Positions 19,868-29,527 of a stretch of DNA of 64,000 nucleotides are shown piece by piece. Within the stretch, counting starts at the first letter, position 1, and every line of letters starts with the position of its first letter. Source of the stretch: Candidatus Levyibacteriota bacterium (lineage in GTDB: Bacteria > Patescibacteriota > Microgenomatia > Levybacterales > UBA12049); NCBI GenBank assembly GCA_963716145.1, contig OY970292.1:268104-332103 (forward strand), given 5' to 3'. The notes under the pieces were generated by a model. It worked only from the letters and a program-made list of their open reading frames with translations. It ran no database searches and was not told where the DNA came from. The translations under genes were made by a program, and so were the position numbers.

Positions 19868-20622
19868 CTAATATACTACTTTTTACATTTATCGGAAGCC
19901 TGGCAGCACTTGTGGGGGGGTTAATTTTACTAACCAGAGAAAAAATGGCATTAAAAATTTCTCATTTTCTTTCATCATTTGCTGCTGGAATTCTACTGGG
20001 AACCGCTTTTTTTGATTTATTGCCTGAGGCACTACACGAGGCAGAAGAGTTGGGAATAGACATATTTTTTTGGACCCTTTTTGGAATTATATTATTTTTT
20101 CTGATTGAACGAACAATTCACTGGTTTCATCATCACGATGACTATCATGAACACGAAAAAGAATCCAAAACAACTTTACCTCTTATTATTATTGGTGACA
20201 CTATGCATAATTTTATAGACGGAGTGGTGATTGCCGCGACCTTTATGGCAGATCCACGGCTAGGCGTAGTCACCTCGTTGGCAGTTTTTGCACACGAGCT
20301 CCCACAAGAAATAGGGGACTTTGGCTTAATGCTTCACAAGGGTATGAAACGGAAAAAAATAATCTGGGTCAATATCCTAAGCGCTGCGGCCGCATTCGCC
20401 GGTGCTATTATGACCTATCTTTTGGGAAATGTTCTGGAGGGATATATACCGATATTTATCGCAGTTACCGCCGGATTCTTTATATATATTGCGACATCAG
20501 ATATAATTCCTGAAATTCATTACGAAAAAAGATTCAGACACTCTATGTTTGAAAGCGCATTGCTTATCTTGGGAATTGTAGTAATGTGGGCTGCTGTCAC
20601 TTTTCTTGGTCACGGACATTAA
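19855..20622 (+). CDS. zupT: ZIP family zinc transporter
   Basis: 255 aa. HNFIDGVVIAATF and HELPQEIGDFGLM metal-binding TM motifs. Confidence 0.85.
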   Translation: MSTLTNILLFTFIGSLAALVGGLILLTREKMALKISHFLSSFAAGILLGTAFFDLLPEALHEAEELGIDIFFWTLFGIILFFLIERTIHWFHHHDDYHEHEKESKTTLPLIIIGDTMHNFIDGVVIAATFMADPRLGVVTSLAVFAHELPQEIGDFGLMLHKGMKRKKIIWVNILSAAAAFAGAIMTYLLGNVLEGYIPIFIAVTAGFFIYIATSDIIPEIHYEKRFRHSMFESALLILGIVVMWAAVTFLGHGH

Positions 20623-21587
20623 TTTGCTGCCAGAAACTTTTCTATTTCCTTCCTAAGGACTTTCAAGCTCTCATCATCCACAAATGAATAAGCTAAAACT
20701 TTTTTTTCCATTTTCTCAAAAATTTTAGTGTTTTTAGTTACTGCTTTTTGATCCACCAAATCAGTTTTTGTGAGAAGCACTATTTCCGGTTTCTCAAGCA
20801 ACAGGGGATTGAACTTTTCAAATTCCGCTCTGACTGTCTCATATCTTTTTTTCGCGTCTTCCTCAGAAAGTTCGATACAATGTATTATCAATTTTGTTTT
20901 TTCGATATGCTTTAAGAATTTAATTCCAAGCCCGCGTCCGGTTGACGCTCCTTCGATAAGACCGGGAATATCAGCAATGGGACGACTCCCCATCATCCCT
21001 ATGTTTGGTTCAAGCGTAGTGAAAGGATAATCAGCAATCTTAGGATGAGCGTGGGTGAGTACTGCCAGAAGACTGCTTTTTCCGGCATTTGGCAGACCAA
21101 TCAAGCCAATGTCCGCAATCAATTTTAATTCAAGAAAGAGAATCTTTTTCTGGCCTGGTGTACCGCTTTCTGCGTATGTTGGGGCTTGGTCAATAGAATT
21201 TTTAAACTCCACATTACCGCGTCCGCCTTTTCCGCCTTTTGCCAAAAGAATAGGTGTATTGATATCGGTAATTTCATAAGATTTGTCAGTATCAACATCT
21301 GTGATCTTGGTTCCGACAGGAACATAAATAGTCATGTCATCAGCGTTTTTCCCATACAATCTTTTTGATTTACCGGCGATTCCCGATTCGGCAGTCAATT
21401 TCTTTTTAAAACGGAAAAGACGCAAATCATTGATATTACTTGATCCCTGAAAATATATATTCCCACCGTTTCCGCCATTTCCGCCGTCCGGTCCGCCATG
21501 GGAAGTCTGGCCATTTCGCAGAAAAGTTGAAGCACCCGCTCCTCCATCCCCAGCTTTAATCGTGATTGTTACATTGTCAACAAACAT
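20619..21587 (-). CDS. obg: GTPase Obg/CgtA
   Basis: 322 aa. Gly-rich Obg fold (GGNGGNGG) followed by a G domain (GLIGLPNAGKSSLL, DIPG, TKTD). Confidence 0.9.
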   Translation of the reverse strand: MFVDNVTITIKAGDGGAGASTFLRNGQTSHGGPDGGNGGNGGNIYFQGSSNINDLRLFRFKKKLTAESGIAGKSKRLYGKNADDMTIYVPVGTKITDVDTDKSYEITDINTPILLAKGGKGGRGNVEFKNSIDQAPTYAESGTPGQKKILFLELKLIADIGLIGLPNAGKSSLLAVLTHAHPKIADYPFTTLEPNIGMMGSRPIADIPGLIEGASTGRGLGIKFLKHIEKTKLIIHCIELSEEDAKKRYETVRAEFEKFNPLLLEKPEIVLLTKTDLVDQKAVTKNTKIFEKMEKKVLAYSFVDDESLKVLRKEIEKFLAAN

Positions 21588-21621
21588 GCTTGCATTCTAG
21601 CAGGTTTCAGAGAAGAGGGTA

Positions 21622-23412
21622 CTATCTACCAACTTCCGCCGCCTCCGCCTGAGAAGCCGCCGCCTGAGTAACCCCGCCTGAAAAACCTCCGCTTGACGAG
21701 GGTGTTGAGGCAATTGCACTGGACATTGAATTTGAGAAGCTATTCATGCTTGATCCAAAATACGTTGCATTAAACGGATGTGTTCCTGTATACCATGTGG
21801 GTTGAGTGTTTTTAAGTCCCATTTCTTCCATTGCTTTTGCAAATTTACCGGTCAGCCCAAATACAATCGCGTAGGGGAGAACTTCGTTAAATAAGTTCTT
21901 TTTCTCAAAAAACTTTTGTCTGTATTTTTCAGACTTATCAATAAACAGACGGTACCCCTTAATTCTTCTGTAAAGCTCGCGTCCATAAGCAGTTCTTCGT
22001 GGCATGAAACGTGAAAATAATAAAAGAATCAATCCGCTAATCAAAATACCAAAACACAGGTCAGCAAAAAATATAACTCCGCTTGAGATAGAAAAACCGA
22101 TAAAAAATCCACTAAAAAATATCATAAGGATTGCAATGATCAGGTATTTTTGCCTGATTTTTTCCGGATTTGAAGGGAAAAGTCCTTTTGCCACAACATC
22201 TTCATATAGCGCTTCTTTTACTTTCCTTAAATCCTCATAAAAGGTATTTTTGAGGCTTGAAATTGTAACTGACGAACTGCTTCCAAATAACTTATTAAGT
22301 AGCATTTTTTCATAATCCAAAAGTTCATTATCTGTTTTTTCAATCCGCTTAAGACTGTAATCAACTTTCCCAAACAGCCATTTCTTCTCAACCTCTGTTA
22401 TTGTTAGAAAACCGCGGGACGCCAGATCTATAATTGTTGAAGTAACATCCAACGTATCCGCCCTTTCATCCATTAAAACACCAACTTCTGCAGGTCGTAG
22501 CTTTTCAGGTGATGTAAACTCTACGACAGTTGTTTCATGTGATCCGACTGGTTTGGCTGAGCCGCTGTCTTCTTTTTTGCCCGCTTCGCCGCGAGGCGAG
22601 CCAAAAGTTCCATCCCCAAACCAATAGTCCCGGCCATTTTTAAGCCATAAATAAACAACTGTTCCTATCCCAAAAAACAACATAATACCAAGCGTAGTTA
22701 GTGATGGCGCAGATATAAATTTCTCCCAAAAAGACTTTGGCCGCTCAACAGTAATAATGGGAACAAGACCCTTTTTATATGCTACTGCAATTGTCATTCC
22801 CTGTGATTCACCAAGCGCGCCGTCTGATTCAAATTGCGCCAAACTACCAGAGTCAAGTGATGGCTTACATTCTCTTTTTTCTCCTGCATAACCCTGAAAA
22901 CAAGCAAGCTCAATAATTCCACTCTGGGGCAACCTAACTGTTGATGAAGCTTTTGAAATAGTAACCGGCCAGCTATTACCGGTTGTGTTCCAGTACAGCT
23001 CGTCATGATCGGAAAAGCCGCGTAAAACTCCCCGGGCAATATATGAGATTTCATAGTTATTCTTACCGGTAATAGTTCTATCCGGATCCCCAATTTTAAG
23101 TCTGACATAACCGTCAGTACGCGTTGTACTGAACTTTGCCTTATTGCCATTCTGCCTGACAGATTCAACCTCAACTTCAGTATAAGTCTTTTTTCCATCA
23201 GCTTCGTAAACATAAGGAATATCACGGTAAATTCCGTGCTTTGATTGATAACCAAAATCAACATTAAGTGTTTCACTTACTTTAACTTCGCCAGATTTTT
23301 GGATCTCTATTTGGGAATCAAACTTTTCTATTACCCATCCTTCATCCGCAAAAACTGCATGGGGTATAAATAAAAATAATAGAGCTAATAAAAAAAGTAT
23401 CAAACGCCTCAT
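21622..23412 (-). CDS. DUF2207-like membrane protein
   Basis: 596 aa. Signal peptide, large extracytoplasmic domain, TM segments, and a cytoplasmic tail ending in a G/S-rich SSGGFSGG stretch. Confidence 0.55.
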   Translation of the reverse strand: MRRLILFLLALLFLFIPHAVFADEGWVIEKFDSQIEIQKSGEVKVSETLNVDFGYQSKHGIYRDIPYVYEADGKKTYTEVEVESVRQNGNKAKFSTTRTDGYVRLKIGDPDRTITGKNNYEISYIARGVLRGFSDHDELYWNTTGNSWPVTISKASSTVRLPQSGIIELACFQGYAGEKRECKPSLDSGSLAQFESDGALGESQGMTIAVAYKKGLVPIITVERPKSFWEKFISAPSLTTLGIMLFFGIGTVVYLWLKNGRDYWFGDGTFGSPRGEAGKKEDSGSAKPVGSHETTVVEFTSPEKLRPAEVGVLMDERADTLDVTSTIIDLASRGFLTITEVEKKWLFGKVDYSLKRIEKTDNELLDYEKMLLNKLFGSSSSVTISSLKNTFYEDLRKVKEALYEDVVAKGLFPSNPEKIRQKYLIIAILMIFFSGFFIGFSISSGVIFFADLCFGILISGLILLLFSRFMPRRTAYGRELYRRIKGYRLFIDKSEKYRQKFFEKKNLFNEVLPYAIVFGLTGKFAKAMEEMGLKNTQPTWYTGTHPFNATYFGSSMNSFSNSMSSAIASTPSSSGGFSGGVTQAAASQAEAAEVGR

Positions 23413-23431
23413 ATTTATTTTATTATAACCA

Positions 23432-24370
23432 ATGTTGTTATATAATCATAATATGAAAAAGCTCGGATTTCTAGTGGCAACACTTGCCGTATTAATGGCA
23501 GGATATGTCTTCAAATCCCCGATCAGTGCTTTTGCGGATAGTATTTTGTACCACTCGCCTTGTGACACTCCCAGAACCTATCATATCGGCTCAATTGACC
23601 CGAAATACAACTTAACCCAGGAAAAGTTTATCTTCAGCATCAACCAAGCTTCCGATATTTGGAGCAACGCTGAGAAAAAGGAGCTTTTTAGCTATGATCC
23701 CAAAGGCACAATTCAAATTAATCTTGTTTATGACCAGAGGTCATTATTGAATAGCCAAATTAATGACTTGAATTCAAAAGTAAAAGAGCAACAAAATGCA
23801 CTTGACCCGCAAATCGCTGATTATAAAAAACGCTCAGCGGAATTCAGAGCAAAAATCACTCAGCTGAATAACGATATTGAATATTGGAATGGGAAGGGAG
23901 GAGCACCACCGGATGAATATGAGAAATTGATTAACCGTCAAAAAAGCCTTCAAATCGAAGCAGACTCACTCAAAAATGAAGCAGTATCATTGAACCAATC
24001 AACAAACCTATACAACGAACAAGTGGGGCAACTTCATCAGACAGTTGATAGTTTTAATCAGGAATTGTCATTCAAGCCGGAAGAGGGCGAATACATTTAT
24101 GATAATGGGGAAGAAACTATTAATATTTATTTTGACAATTCCCAAAGTGAACTCGAACATACACTTGCGCATGAATTGGGACATGCGCTGGGAATAGGAC
24201 ACAATAACAACGTTTCATCAATCATGTATCCGCGTACTACTGAGGCTATTAGTCTTTCTGCTGATGACAAAGTAGGACTTGAAAAAGCTTGCCAAAAACA
24301 AAGCGTTGTTAAAACAGCAGGGACTAAGCTTGCTTTGATTATTAGAAGTTTGAGAATGAGGACTTTATGA
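23432..24370 (+). CDS. secreted metzincin (matrixin-like) zinc metalloprotease
   Basis: 312 aa. Signal peptide, coiled-coil middle, HELGHALGIGH zinc motif plus Met-turn (SIMYP). Confidence 0.7.
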   Translation: MLLYNHNMKKLGFLVATLAVLMAGYVFKSPISAFADSILYHSPCDTPRTYHIGSIDPKYNLTQEKFIFSINQASDIWSNAEKKELFSYDPKGTIQINLVYDQRSLLNSQINDLNSKVKEQQNALDPQIADYKKRSAEFRAKITQLNNDIEYWNGKGGAPPDEYEKLINRQKSLQIEADSLKNEAVSLNQSTNLYNEQVGQLHQTVDSFNQELSFKPEEGEYIYDNGEETINIYFDNSQSELEHTLAHELGHALGIGHNNNVSSIMYPRTTEAISLSADDKVGLEKACQKQSVVKTAGTKLALIIRSLRMRTL

Positions 24371-25660
24371 TTTCTTCTTTTTTACTTCGGAGACCAATAT
24401 TTTATCCACTCTATTCCCATCCATATCCACAACTTCTATCCTAAAATTCTCTACCACTAATTTATCGCCTGACTTCGGAATACGTCCTATTCTATCCATC
24501 ACAAAACCCCCAATTGTATGAAAATGTCCGGATTTTTCGGCAGGAAGCTTCTTGATATCAAAGTGCTCTTTGAATTCATCAATTGGAACGGTCCCATCAA
24601 CCAGATACGATCCGTCATCTCTTTTTATGATTTCCTTCTCCTCCAGCTGGTTAAGGGTAGGAATATCACCCACAATTGCTTCCAAAACATCGTTCAGCGA
24701 AACTAATCCCTGGACATGCCCGTACTCATCGATAATGAGAGCTACATGAATACCTGATTTCTTAAAAAGCTCAAGAGCCTTAAGGCCCGTTGTTCCCTCT
24801 GGAACAAAAAGCGGTTTGTGAAGATGTTTTCGTAAGTCAATTTCTCCCTCGATTAGGAAATTGGTGAGTATATCTTCAGTTCTTATAACTCCTTGTATAT
24901 TATCAAGGCTATCCTCAACAACCGGATAATAAGAATGGGGCTTTTTAGTTATTCTTTTTCTCAAAGCTGCAACCGTACTCTCAACATCCAGATAAGCAAT
25001 CTCAGCCCTGTGAGTCATAAGCGATTGCACTTTCTTGTCACTCATTCTAAATGTTCTTTCCACAATGTCTTTTTCTGCCATTTGAAATACACCGGCTCTT
25101 GTTCCCTCCCGGATCAGCATTCTCACCTCTTCTTCACTTACCGCAGGATCTTCCTTTGATTTTATCTGGAAAATTCTAAGTACAAAATCTGTTGATTTAC
25201 TAAGAATACCAACGATAGGTGAGGCTACAAATGATATAAAATTCATGGGACGTGCCAAAACCTTGGCATACCTTTCAGGATTATTAAGTGCCAGCCTTTT
25301 GGGAACCAACTCTCCTATGATTACGGAAAGATACGTAATAATAGTAACAACGATAATTAACGCGAGGGTATCGCCATATGGAGCAACAGCCGGGAAGGAC
25401 TTAAGATAACCCGCGACATCTGTTGTAATTGTTTTTTCTCCAAAAGCTCCCGCAAAAATCCCGATAAAAGTTATTCCGATCTGAACTGTTGAAAAAAATC
25501 TGTTTGGGGATTGAGCCAGGTCAAGCGCGGCTTGAGCATTTTTGTTGCCGTCATGAGCAAGCTGCTTGAGACGGGATTTCCGGGCTGAGATTATAGCAAT
25601 CTCGGCCATCGCGAATAAACCATTGAGAAGTATCAGGAAAAGAACAATAAGAATTTCCAC
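24365..25660 (-). CDS. HlyC/CorC (CNNM) family transporter, DUF21 + CBS pair + CorC_HlyC
   Basis: 431 aa. Four N-terminal TM helices, tandem CBS region, C-terminal transporter-associated domain. Confidence 0.85.
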   Translation of the reverse strand: MEILIVLFLILLNGLFAMAEIAIISARKSRLKQLAHDGNKNAQAALDLAQSPNRFFSTVQIGITFIGIFAGAFGEKTITTDVAGYLKSFPAVAPYGDTLALIIVVTIITYLSVIIGELVPKRLALNNPERYAKVLARPMNFISFVASPIVGILSKSTDFVLRIFQIKSKEDPAVSEEEVRMLIREGTRAGVFQMAEKDIVERTFRMSDKKVQSLMTHRAEIAYLDVESTVAALRKRITKKPHSYYPVVEDSLDNIQGVIRTEDILTNFLIEGEIDLRKHLHKPLFVPEGTTGLKALELFKKSGIHVALIIDEYGHVQGLVSLNDVLEAIVGDIPTLNQLEEKEIIKRDDGSYLVDGTVPIDEFKEHFDIKKLPAEKSGHFHTIGGFVMDRIGRIPKSGDKLVVENFRIEVVDMDGNRVDKILVSEVKKKKS

Positions 25661-25694
25661 TTAGTATATTATAGCAAAACTGTATAATATATTT

Positions 25695-26006
25695 GTGATT
25701 GAGCTGAAAGTTAATAAGCTGAGCGGAAAAGACAAAATAATAGGGTTATTAAACGCTAAGAAACCATATGCTATTTTTTTTAAAACACGCTTTGGAATTC
25801 ACACTTTTGGCCTTAAATTCGCAATAGACGCTCTGATTCTTGATAAAAATAATGTTGTGGTTAAAATCTCGGAAAACTTAAAACCCAATCGCATTTTCCT
25901 CTGGCACCCGAAGTTTGATAGAGTTATAGAACTACCTGCTGGGGAGATTGAAAAACGCTGTATCCGACATCAAAGCAAAATTGGCGTAAAATTTCATAGT
26001 CAATAG
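25695..26006 (+). CDS. DUF192 family protein
   Basis: 103 aa. IELPAGE C-terminal motif characteristic of DUF192/COG1430. Confidence 0.5.
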   Translation: MIELKVNKLSGKDKIIGLLNAKKPYAIFFKTRFGIHTFGLKFAIDALILDKNNVVVKISENLKPNRIFLWHPKFDRVIELPAGEIEKRCIRHQSKIGVKFHSQ

Positions 26007-26040
26007 CTTTTTAGCCCTAATTTTAGTAGAATTATCACAT

Positions 26041-26111
26041 TACCGAGTCGTCTAATGGTAGGACAACAGCCTTTGGAGCTGTTTATTCTGGTTCGAGTCC
26101 AGGCTCGGTAG
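26041..26111 (+). tRNA. tRNA-Gln(TTG)
   Basis: Manual cloverleaf. Acceptor TACCGAG/CTCGGTA (U1:A72), D-arm GTCT/GGAC, anticodon stem ACAGC/GCTGT, loop CTTTGGA (anticodon TTG), T-arm TCTGG-TTCGAGT-CCAGG. Confidence 0.7.
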
Positions 26112-26140
26112 CTCAGTGGCCTGACCCGTAAGAAAATAGC

Positions 26141-26560
26141 ATGAAAATTCAGCGTATTGATCATATCGGTCTAGTGGTAAATGACTTAGCGGCAGCCAAG
26201 GAATTCTTCCTGGATTTTGGCTTCACGGTTCAAGGTGAAGCCGAAGAACAGAGCGAGCTGCTGGACAAAGTAACGGGATTCAAAAACGCCAAGTCCCACA
26301 TAGTCTTCCTGCAGGCACCGAACGGCCAGATCACCCTAGAACTCAGCAAATTCCTTAATCCGGCGGATAAGTCGGGATTCCAAGAAAACTTTATCTACTC
26401 GCATGGCATGCAGCATCTGGCCTTCGTCGTTGAGGATATCGAGGACATTGTAGCTACGGTGAAGCAAAAGGGTTGGGACGTATTTGTAGATATATACAAT
26501 TATGAAAACGTTTATAAACTGTGCTACTTCCGGGGCCGGAAGGTATTATTCTTGAGCTAG
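26141..26560 (+). CDS. VOC (glyoxalase/bleomycin-resistance/dioxygenase) family protein
   Basis: 139 aa. IDHIGLVVNDLAAAKEFF motif. Confidence 0.75.
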   Translation: MKIQRIDHIGLVVNDLAAAKEFFLDFGFTVQGEAEEQSELLDKVTGFKNAKSHIVFLQAPNGQITLELSKFLNPADKSGFQENFIYSHGMQHLAFVVEDIEDIVATVKQKGWDVFVDIYNYENVYKLCYFRGRKVLFLS

Positions 26561-26583
26561 CAGAGAAGCTGTAACGTAAAACA

Positions 26584-26964
26584 TTATTTCTCTGGAATTT
26601 GGGGTTTTTGCTGAATTGTTAATTTATTACCATCAGGATCACTAAAGTAAATATGCCAAGCGCCCCACGGCATTTTTTCGACATCTGTCACTTTAACACC
26701 GTTTTCTACAAGCTTATCATGTGCTTTTTTGATATCCTCTACTACCAAAAGAATACTATCAATGGTTCCCGGTGGGGACTTGGTAATATTGTTGCCAATT
26801 ACGATGGAACATCCAGAACCAATTGGCGTCAATTGCATATAGCGTATCCCTCCATCCATTTTCCAATCGCCATCAATATGAAATCCAAGCTTGTCTGCAT
26901 AAAATTCCTTTGCACGATCGACATCAGAAACAGGGACTGTTACTACTTCTAATTTCATTTCCAT
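26584..26964 (-). CDS. VOC family protein
   Basis: 126 aa. VTVPVSDVDRAKEFYADKLGF glyoxalase-fold motif. Confidence 0.75.
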   Translation of the reverse strand: MEMKLEVVTVPVSDVDRAKEFYADKLGFHIDGDWKMDGGIRYMQLTPIGSGCSIVIGNNITKSPPGTIDSILLVVEDIKKAHDKLVENGVKVTDVEKMPWGAWHIYFSDPDGNKLTIQQKPQIPEK

Positions 26965-27082
26965 AATATGAGTATACTAAAGAACGTTTATAAATTCAAT
27001 TAATACCAAAAAAGATATTGAAAACGTATTTATTAAATTTTCATGCTTGCAATGAATTAAAAAAGTTGGTACATATGTATAT

Positions 27083-27676
27083 ATGAGAAAGATTCTTGTT
27101 CTCGAATTTATCACTCTTGATGGCGTCATGCAGGCACCAGGTGGATCTAAAGAAGATACAGCCGAAGGTTTTAAATACGGCGGATGGATGGGTCCGTACT
27201 TTGAAGATAAAGTTGGGGGCAAAGAGATGGGTAAGCAGATGAAAAAAACAGCTGCCCTTCTTCTTGGACGCAAAACGTATGACATCTGGACGGGATTTTG
27301 GCCAACACACCCAGAAACGTGGCCTCAAGTAAACAAAATTACAAAATATGTTGTCTCCAAAAACTTAAAAAACCCAACTTGGGAAAATACTGTTGTTGTA
27401 AACGATATCAAAGAATTAAAGGAGCTTAAGAACTCAGACGGTCCAGACCTACAGGTGTACGGAAGCGCTAATTTGGTTCAGACATTAATGCGGTATGATT
27501 TGGTAGATGAATTTTGGCTTAAAATATTTCCTATTACTTTAGGCCACGGAAAACGGTTATTTGAAAAAGGTACAATTCCTGCTGCTTTTAAACTCGTTTA
27601 TTCTAAAATTTCACCTACTGGTGTAATTTTTGCTTCATACAAACGCGCAGGAGAAGTCAAAACGAGTGAACTATAG
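27083..27676 (+). CDS. dihydrofolate reductase family protein (RibD C-terminal domain-like)
   Basis: 197 aa. MRKILVLEFITLDGVMQAPGG N-terminus typical of YwjB/RibD_C reductases. Confidence 0.8.
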   Translation: MRKILVLEFITLDGVMQAPGGSKEDTAEGFKYGGWMGPYFEDKVGGKEMGKQMKKTAALLLGRKTYDIWTGFWPTHPETWPQVNKITKYVVSKNLKNPTWENTVVVNDIKELKELKNSDGPDLQVYGSANLVQTLMRYDLVDEFWLKIFPITLGHGKRLFEKGTIPAAFKLVYSKISPTGVIFASYKRAGEVKTSEL

Positions 27677-27746
27677 TTAGCAAAATTATTTTTGATAAAA
27701 ATCCTCTAGAGTAAGCCACTGTCTGGATAAACATAAAGTAATACTA

Positions 27747-28205
27747 TCATCTTTCTTGCAATCCAATTAATCGACTATATTGCCAGTTACGTTCATTTTC
27801 TGCTTCTTCCAGTGAGTCCGTTGCTCTGAAAATTGCTTGTTGTGCATAAATTGCGGAACCATAAGCATGCCTCGGAACGTGCGCAGTTGCCACAGCTTGA
27901 CCGCAAGCGCGAGCTGCCGAGCGGGCGGGACTATCTTCACCCACTTCCCGAGCAGATGCATGAGCATCCAGTGAAGCTTTACGAATAACGTTCATCTTAA
28001 ATACACCAGTATCTATCCACGTTTTAAGTGTTTCCAGAGCTCTGCGCGGACGATGATCTTGCGAATATTTTTCCTCAAAGTAGGGAAGTATACGCTCGGC
28101 GCAATCAATTGCCCAAAGAGCTAAGGTTTTTTGATCAGTTTTCTCAACAAGCACGAGCATCTCTTCGTCTTCGTGTGCAATTGAAAACTTTTTAACAACA
28201 GGCAT
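27747..28205 (-). CDS. hypothetical protein (GC- and Arg/Ala-rich, atypical composition)
   Basis: 152 aa. Composition clearly differs from flanking Lys/Ile/Asn-rich host genes. Confidence 0.4.
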   Translation of the reverse strand: MPVVKKFSIAHEDEEMLVLVEKTDQKTLALWAIDCAERILPYFEEKYSQDHRPRRALETLKTWIDTGVFKMNVIRKASLDAHASAREVGEDSPARSAARACGQAVATAHVPRHAYGSAIYAQQAIFRATDSLEEAENERNWQYSRLIGLQER

Positions 28206-28658
28206 TTAGGATTTGGGCGTCATGTCCGGAGAGGGCTGGAGGAGGGTAAAGCGGTTTCCCTCTGTGTCTTCGCATTTGACATAAATTCCGATACCGGGAA
28301 TATCCATCTTTTCACCCAGCACTTTTCCATCAGGAGTTTTGTTATCATCAAAAACTTTACCTCCTGCCGCTTTCACATCAGCGATCGCTTTATCAACATC
28401 ATCAACGCCTATGACACACGAAAAGGCATTCAATTTTTTCTGTTCTTCCTGGTATATTCCGCCATTAATACCAATATCTTTCATGTCACCGGTATTCTCC
28501 CCGGTTTTCACGATAATGTATCCGCCGAAATCCTCGCCTTGCTCTTCCATCTTCCAACCAAAAGCACTGGCGTAGAAGTCTTTAGCGCGCTTTGCATCTT
28601 TTGCTTCTATTTCAAAATGAACAACCCTATTTGCCATACCTATTTTATACTCCTCCAA
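28206..28658 (-). CDS. VOC family protein
   Basis: 150 aa. VVHFEIEAKDAKRAKDFYASAFGW motif. Confidence 0.75.
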   Translation of the reverse strand: MEEYKIGMANRVVHFEIEAKDAKRAKDFYASAFGWKMEEQGEDFGGYIIVKTGENTGDMKDIGINGGIYQEEQKKLNAFSCVIGVDDVDKAIADVKAAGGKVFDDNKTPDGKVLGEKMDIPGIGIYVKCEDTEGNRFTLLQPSPDMTPKS

Positions 28659-28703
28659 TTTAGATTAGTCAATACATTTTTGTAAGAATGTTATAATAAT
28701 TTT

Positions 28704-29318
28704 ATGTCTACATACATTTGCCCCATGCATCCGGAGGTAAAAAGTGATAAAAAGGTGAGATGTCCCAAATGCGGGATGGAATTAGTATTATCCAAAAACG
28801 TAAACAAAACACAAACAGCCGAATCAGGTGATATTCAAAACAGTTACAGACCACTGGTTATAATAATCGGACTAATCATTCTGGTTTCTTTTGTTATCAC
28901 ACTACAACAAACTTCATTAGAAGCTTTTAGCTGGAAAAACTTTCTTTCCAACTTCATGGCTGGGTTTTTCATAGTATTCTCGGGATTTAAATTAATAGAT
29001 CTGAAAGGATTTGCAGAAGGTTACTCAACATACGATCTCCTTGCCAAAAAATGGTTTGCTTATGGCTATATTTATCCATTTATTGAATTGTTCTTTGGTC
29101 TTGCAATGATACTAAATTTTTACACTAAACCAATTCTCTGGGCGGAAGTACTCATCATGGCGTTCAGCGGGTGTGGAGTCGCGATCAAGCTCGCAAAAGG
29201 AGAAAAATTCCAATGTGCTTGTCTGGGAACTTTCCTCAAAGTACCGCTCACCAAAGTGACTTTGATTGAAGATTTTGGTATGAGCTTGCTAGCTCTAATC
29301 CTTCTTTTGAGCGGGTAA
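28704..29318 (+). CDS. membrane protein: N-terminal heavy-metal-binding CPxHPE/CPKCG motif + MauE/DoxX-like TM domain
   Basis: 204 aa. YICPMHPEV...CPKCGMEL metal-binding module followed by four TM helices. The stop overlaps the 3' end of tRNA-Gly on the opposite strand. Confidence 0.55.
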   Translation: MSTYICPMHPEVKSDKKVRCPKCGMELVLSKNVNKTQTAESGDIQNSYRPLVIIIGLIILVSFVITLQQTSLEAFSWKNFLSNFMAGFFIVFSGFKLIDLKGFAEGYSTYDLLAKKWFAYGYIYPFIELFFGLAMILNFYTKPILWAEVLIMAFSGCGVAIKLAKGEKFQCACLGTFLKVPLTKVTLIEDFGMSLLALILLLSG

Positions 29319-29379
29319 GGGGAATCGGACCCTGTAACCTGATTGGCAACCAGGTGTACTACCATTGTACTATACCCGC
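29310..29379 (-). tRNA. tRNA-Gly(GCC)
   Basis: Acceptor GCGGGTA/TACCCGC, D-arm GTAC-AATGGTA-GTAC, anticodon stem CCTGG/TCAGG with loop TTGCCAA. The T-stem is imperfect unless the G3 run is G4 (AGGGG/CCCCT), consistent with the homopolymer under-calling seen elsewhere. Confidence 0.8.
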
Positions 29380-29467
29380 AATTTATGCAGTATAGCAAAA
29401 TTTCGATCTATCCTCAAGGATATTTTTATTAGAGCCCATGGACAAAATGCTTATTGACAACATACTT

Positions 29468-29495
29468 TTGTGTAATATAATATCAAAATATAACA
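29468..29495 (+). promoter_or_regulatory. sigma70-like promoter TTGACA-16-TATAAT
   Basis: TTGACA at 29468-29473, TATAAT at 29490-29495, 33 nt upstream of ORF 29528. Confidence 0.4.
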
Positions 29496-29527
29496 TTGTA
29501 ATAATCCAGTAATAATTAGGTAAAGTT

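Noticed and set aside
26100-26135. GGCTCGGTAGCTCAGTGGC looks like the 5' end of a second tRNA immediately after tRNA-Gln
   Set aside because: The first 10 nt are the 3' acceptor of tRNA-Gln itself. No D-, anticodon- or T-arm follows (the sequence runs into the VOC gene start). Coincidental resemblance.
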